Shown: positions 63,078 to 64,000 of the stretch, one piece after another
Layout of the letters: every line of letters starts with the position of its first letter
Numbering within the stretch: position 1 is the first letter of the stretch
From: an uncultured Bacillota bacterium
Lineage (GTDB): Bacteria > Sysuimicrobiota > Sysuimicrobiia > Sysuimicrobiales > Segetimicrobiaceae
Direction: 5' to 3'
DNA: 64,000 bases
NCBI GenBank assembly: GCA_963804645.1
Contig: CAWDRG010000009.1
Span: 1,152,001 to 1,216,000 of the forward strand
Made by a program: the position numbers and the translations under genes
The notes under the pieces: model-generated
What the model was told of the DNA's origin: nothing
The model's input: the letters and a program-made list of their open reading frames with translations, nothing else
The model's database searches: none

Positions 63078-64000
63078 ATGGTGAGAGAAGTGGTGGTGTC
63101 TGGCCACCAGGTGCATATTACCGACAACCTGGACCTGCTGCTGGCGGTGCTGCCTCCCGAGACGCGCCGGCAGATCGAGGAGCAGTCCGATCTCGACGGG
63201 CTGCTCGAAGTGGTGCTCGACCTCGGCCGGGAGCCGGAGGCGAGGTTCTCGGGGCGGGTCGTGCGGCTGTCAGACCGGTTCGTGACCCGGGAAGACATGC
63301 TGCACGTGACGAGCCGCGTCGGCACGTTTGGGAAGGACAACCGGGCGGGGATCGAGCGCACGCTGCACCGGATCTCGGCGATTCGCAACCGTGCCGGGGA
63401 CGTCATCGGCCTCACGCTGCGCGTCGGCCGGGCGGTGTTCGGAACCGTGGACATCGTGCGCGACGTCATCGAAGCCGGGCAGAGCGTGCTGCTCCTCGGC
63501 CGTCCCGGCGTCGGCAAGACGACGCTCCTGCGCGAGAGCGCGCGCGTCCTGAGCGACGAGGTCGCAAAGCGCGTCGTGATCGTCGACACAAGCAACGAGA
63601 TCGCGGGCGACGGCGACATTCCCCACCCCGGGATCGGGCGCGCCCGCCGGATGCAGGTGACGTACCCCGAGCTGCAGCACGCGGTCATGATCGAAGCGGT
63701 CGAGAACCACATGCCCGAGGTCATCGTGATCGACGAGATCGGCACCGAGGCCGAGGCGCTTGCGGCGCGCACGATCGCGGAGCGCGGCGTCCAGCTGATC
63801 GCGACCGCGCACGGCAACACGCTCGACAATCTGCTGCAGAACCCGACGCTGTGCGATCTGATCGGCGGCATCCAGGCCGTCACGCTGGGCGACGAGGAAG
63901 CCCGGCGGCGGGGGACCCAGAAGACGGTGCTCGAGCGCAAGGCGCCGCCGACGTTCGACGTCGTCATCGAGATTCAGGAGAAGGACCGGCTCGCCGTGCA
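63078..64000 (+). CDS. Ycf45/SpoIIIAA-like AAA+ ATPase, partial
   Basis: Manual translation: [74 protein letters not shown]. Confidence 0.88.
   Translation, partial: MVREVVVSGHQVHITDNLDLLLAVLPPETRRQIEEQSDLDGLLEVVLDLGREPEARFSGRVVRLSDRFVTREDMLHVTSRVGTFGKDNRAGIERTLHRISAIRNRAGDVIGLTLRVGRAVFGTVDIVRDVIEAGQSVLLLGRPGVGKTTLLRESARVLSDEVAKRVVIVDTSNEIAGDGDIPHPGIGRARRMQVTYPELQHAVMIEAVENHMPEVIVIDEIGTEAEALAARTIAERGVQLIATAHGNTLDNLLQNPTLCDLIGGIQAVTLGDEEARRRGTQKTVLERKAPPTFDVVIEIQEKDRLAV

Overview
A 64-kb window from a very GC-rich bacterium, mostly core and metabolic genes. It carries murT-gatD, menA, cdh, pfpI, pxpA, an oligo/dipeptide ABC operon, a Firmicutes-like mfd-mazG-S4-eno-SLT-divIC...S1 cluster, nadE, a YcaQ-family glycosylase, glnA, a SARP/ATPase/TPR regulator, hppA, an EndoQ-family nuclease, an RlmI-like methyltransferase and a partial Ycf45-like ATPase. 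A complete 2082-bp two-gene IS (DUF6788-like ORF plus DDE transposase) has imperfect TIRs and a 9-bp target duplication. I saw no rRNA, tRNA or CRISPR array. The strongest candidate for a new system is an apparent ANTAR antitermination circuit. The glnA leader has two tandem C-G-closed hexaloop hairpins, the second overlapping an intrinsic terminator, but the loops start with C (CGUGAC, CCUGAC) instead of the canonical A. About 5 kb away lies a GAF-GAF-HisKA_2 kinase next to an unusual REC-ANTAR regulator with about 340 extra residues and a histone-like basic tail, in an operon with hppA. Other leads are a beta-clamp motif on EndoQ, a protease with tandem Rap1a-like repeats, an unannotated Cys-rich peptide, a leader-peptide attenuator and two likely non-canonical start codons. 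All product calls come from recognising motifs by eye; no database search was run.
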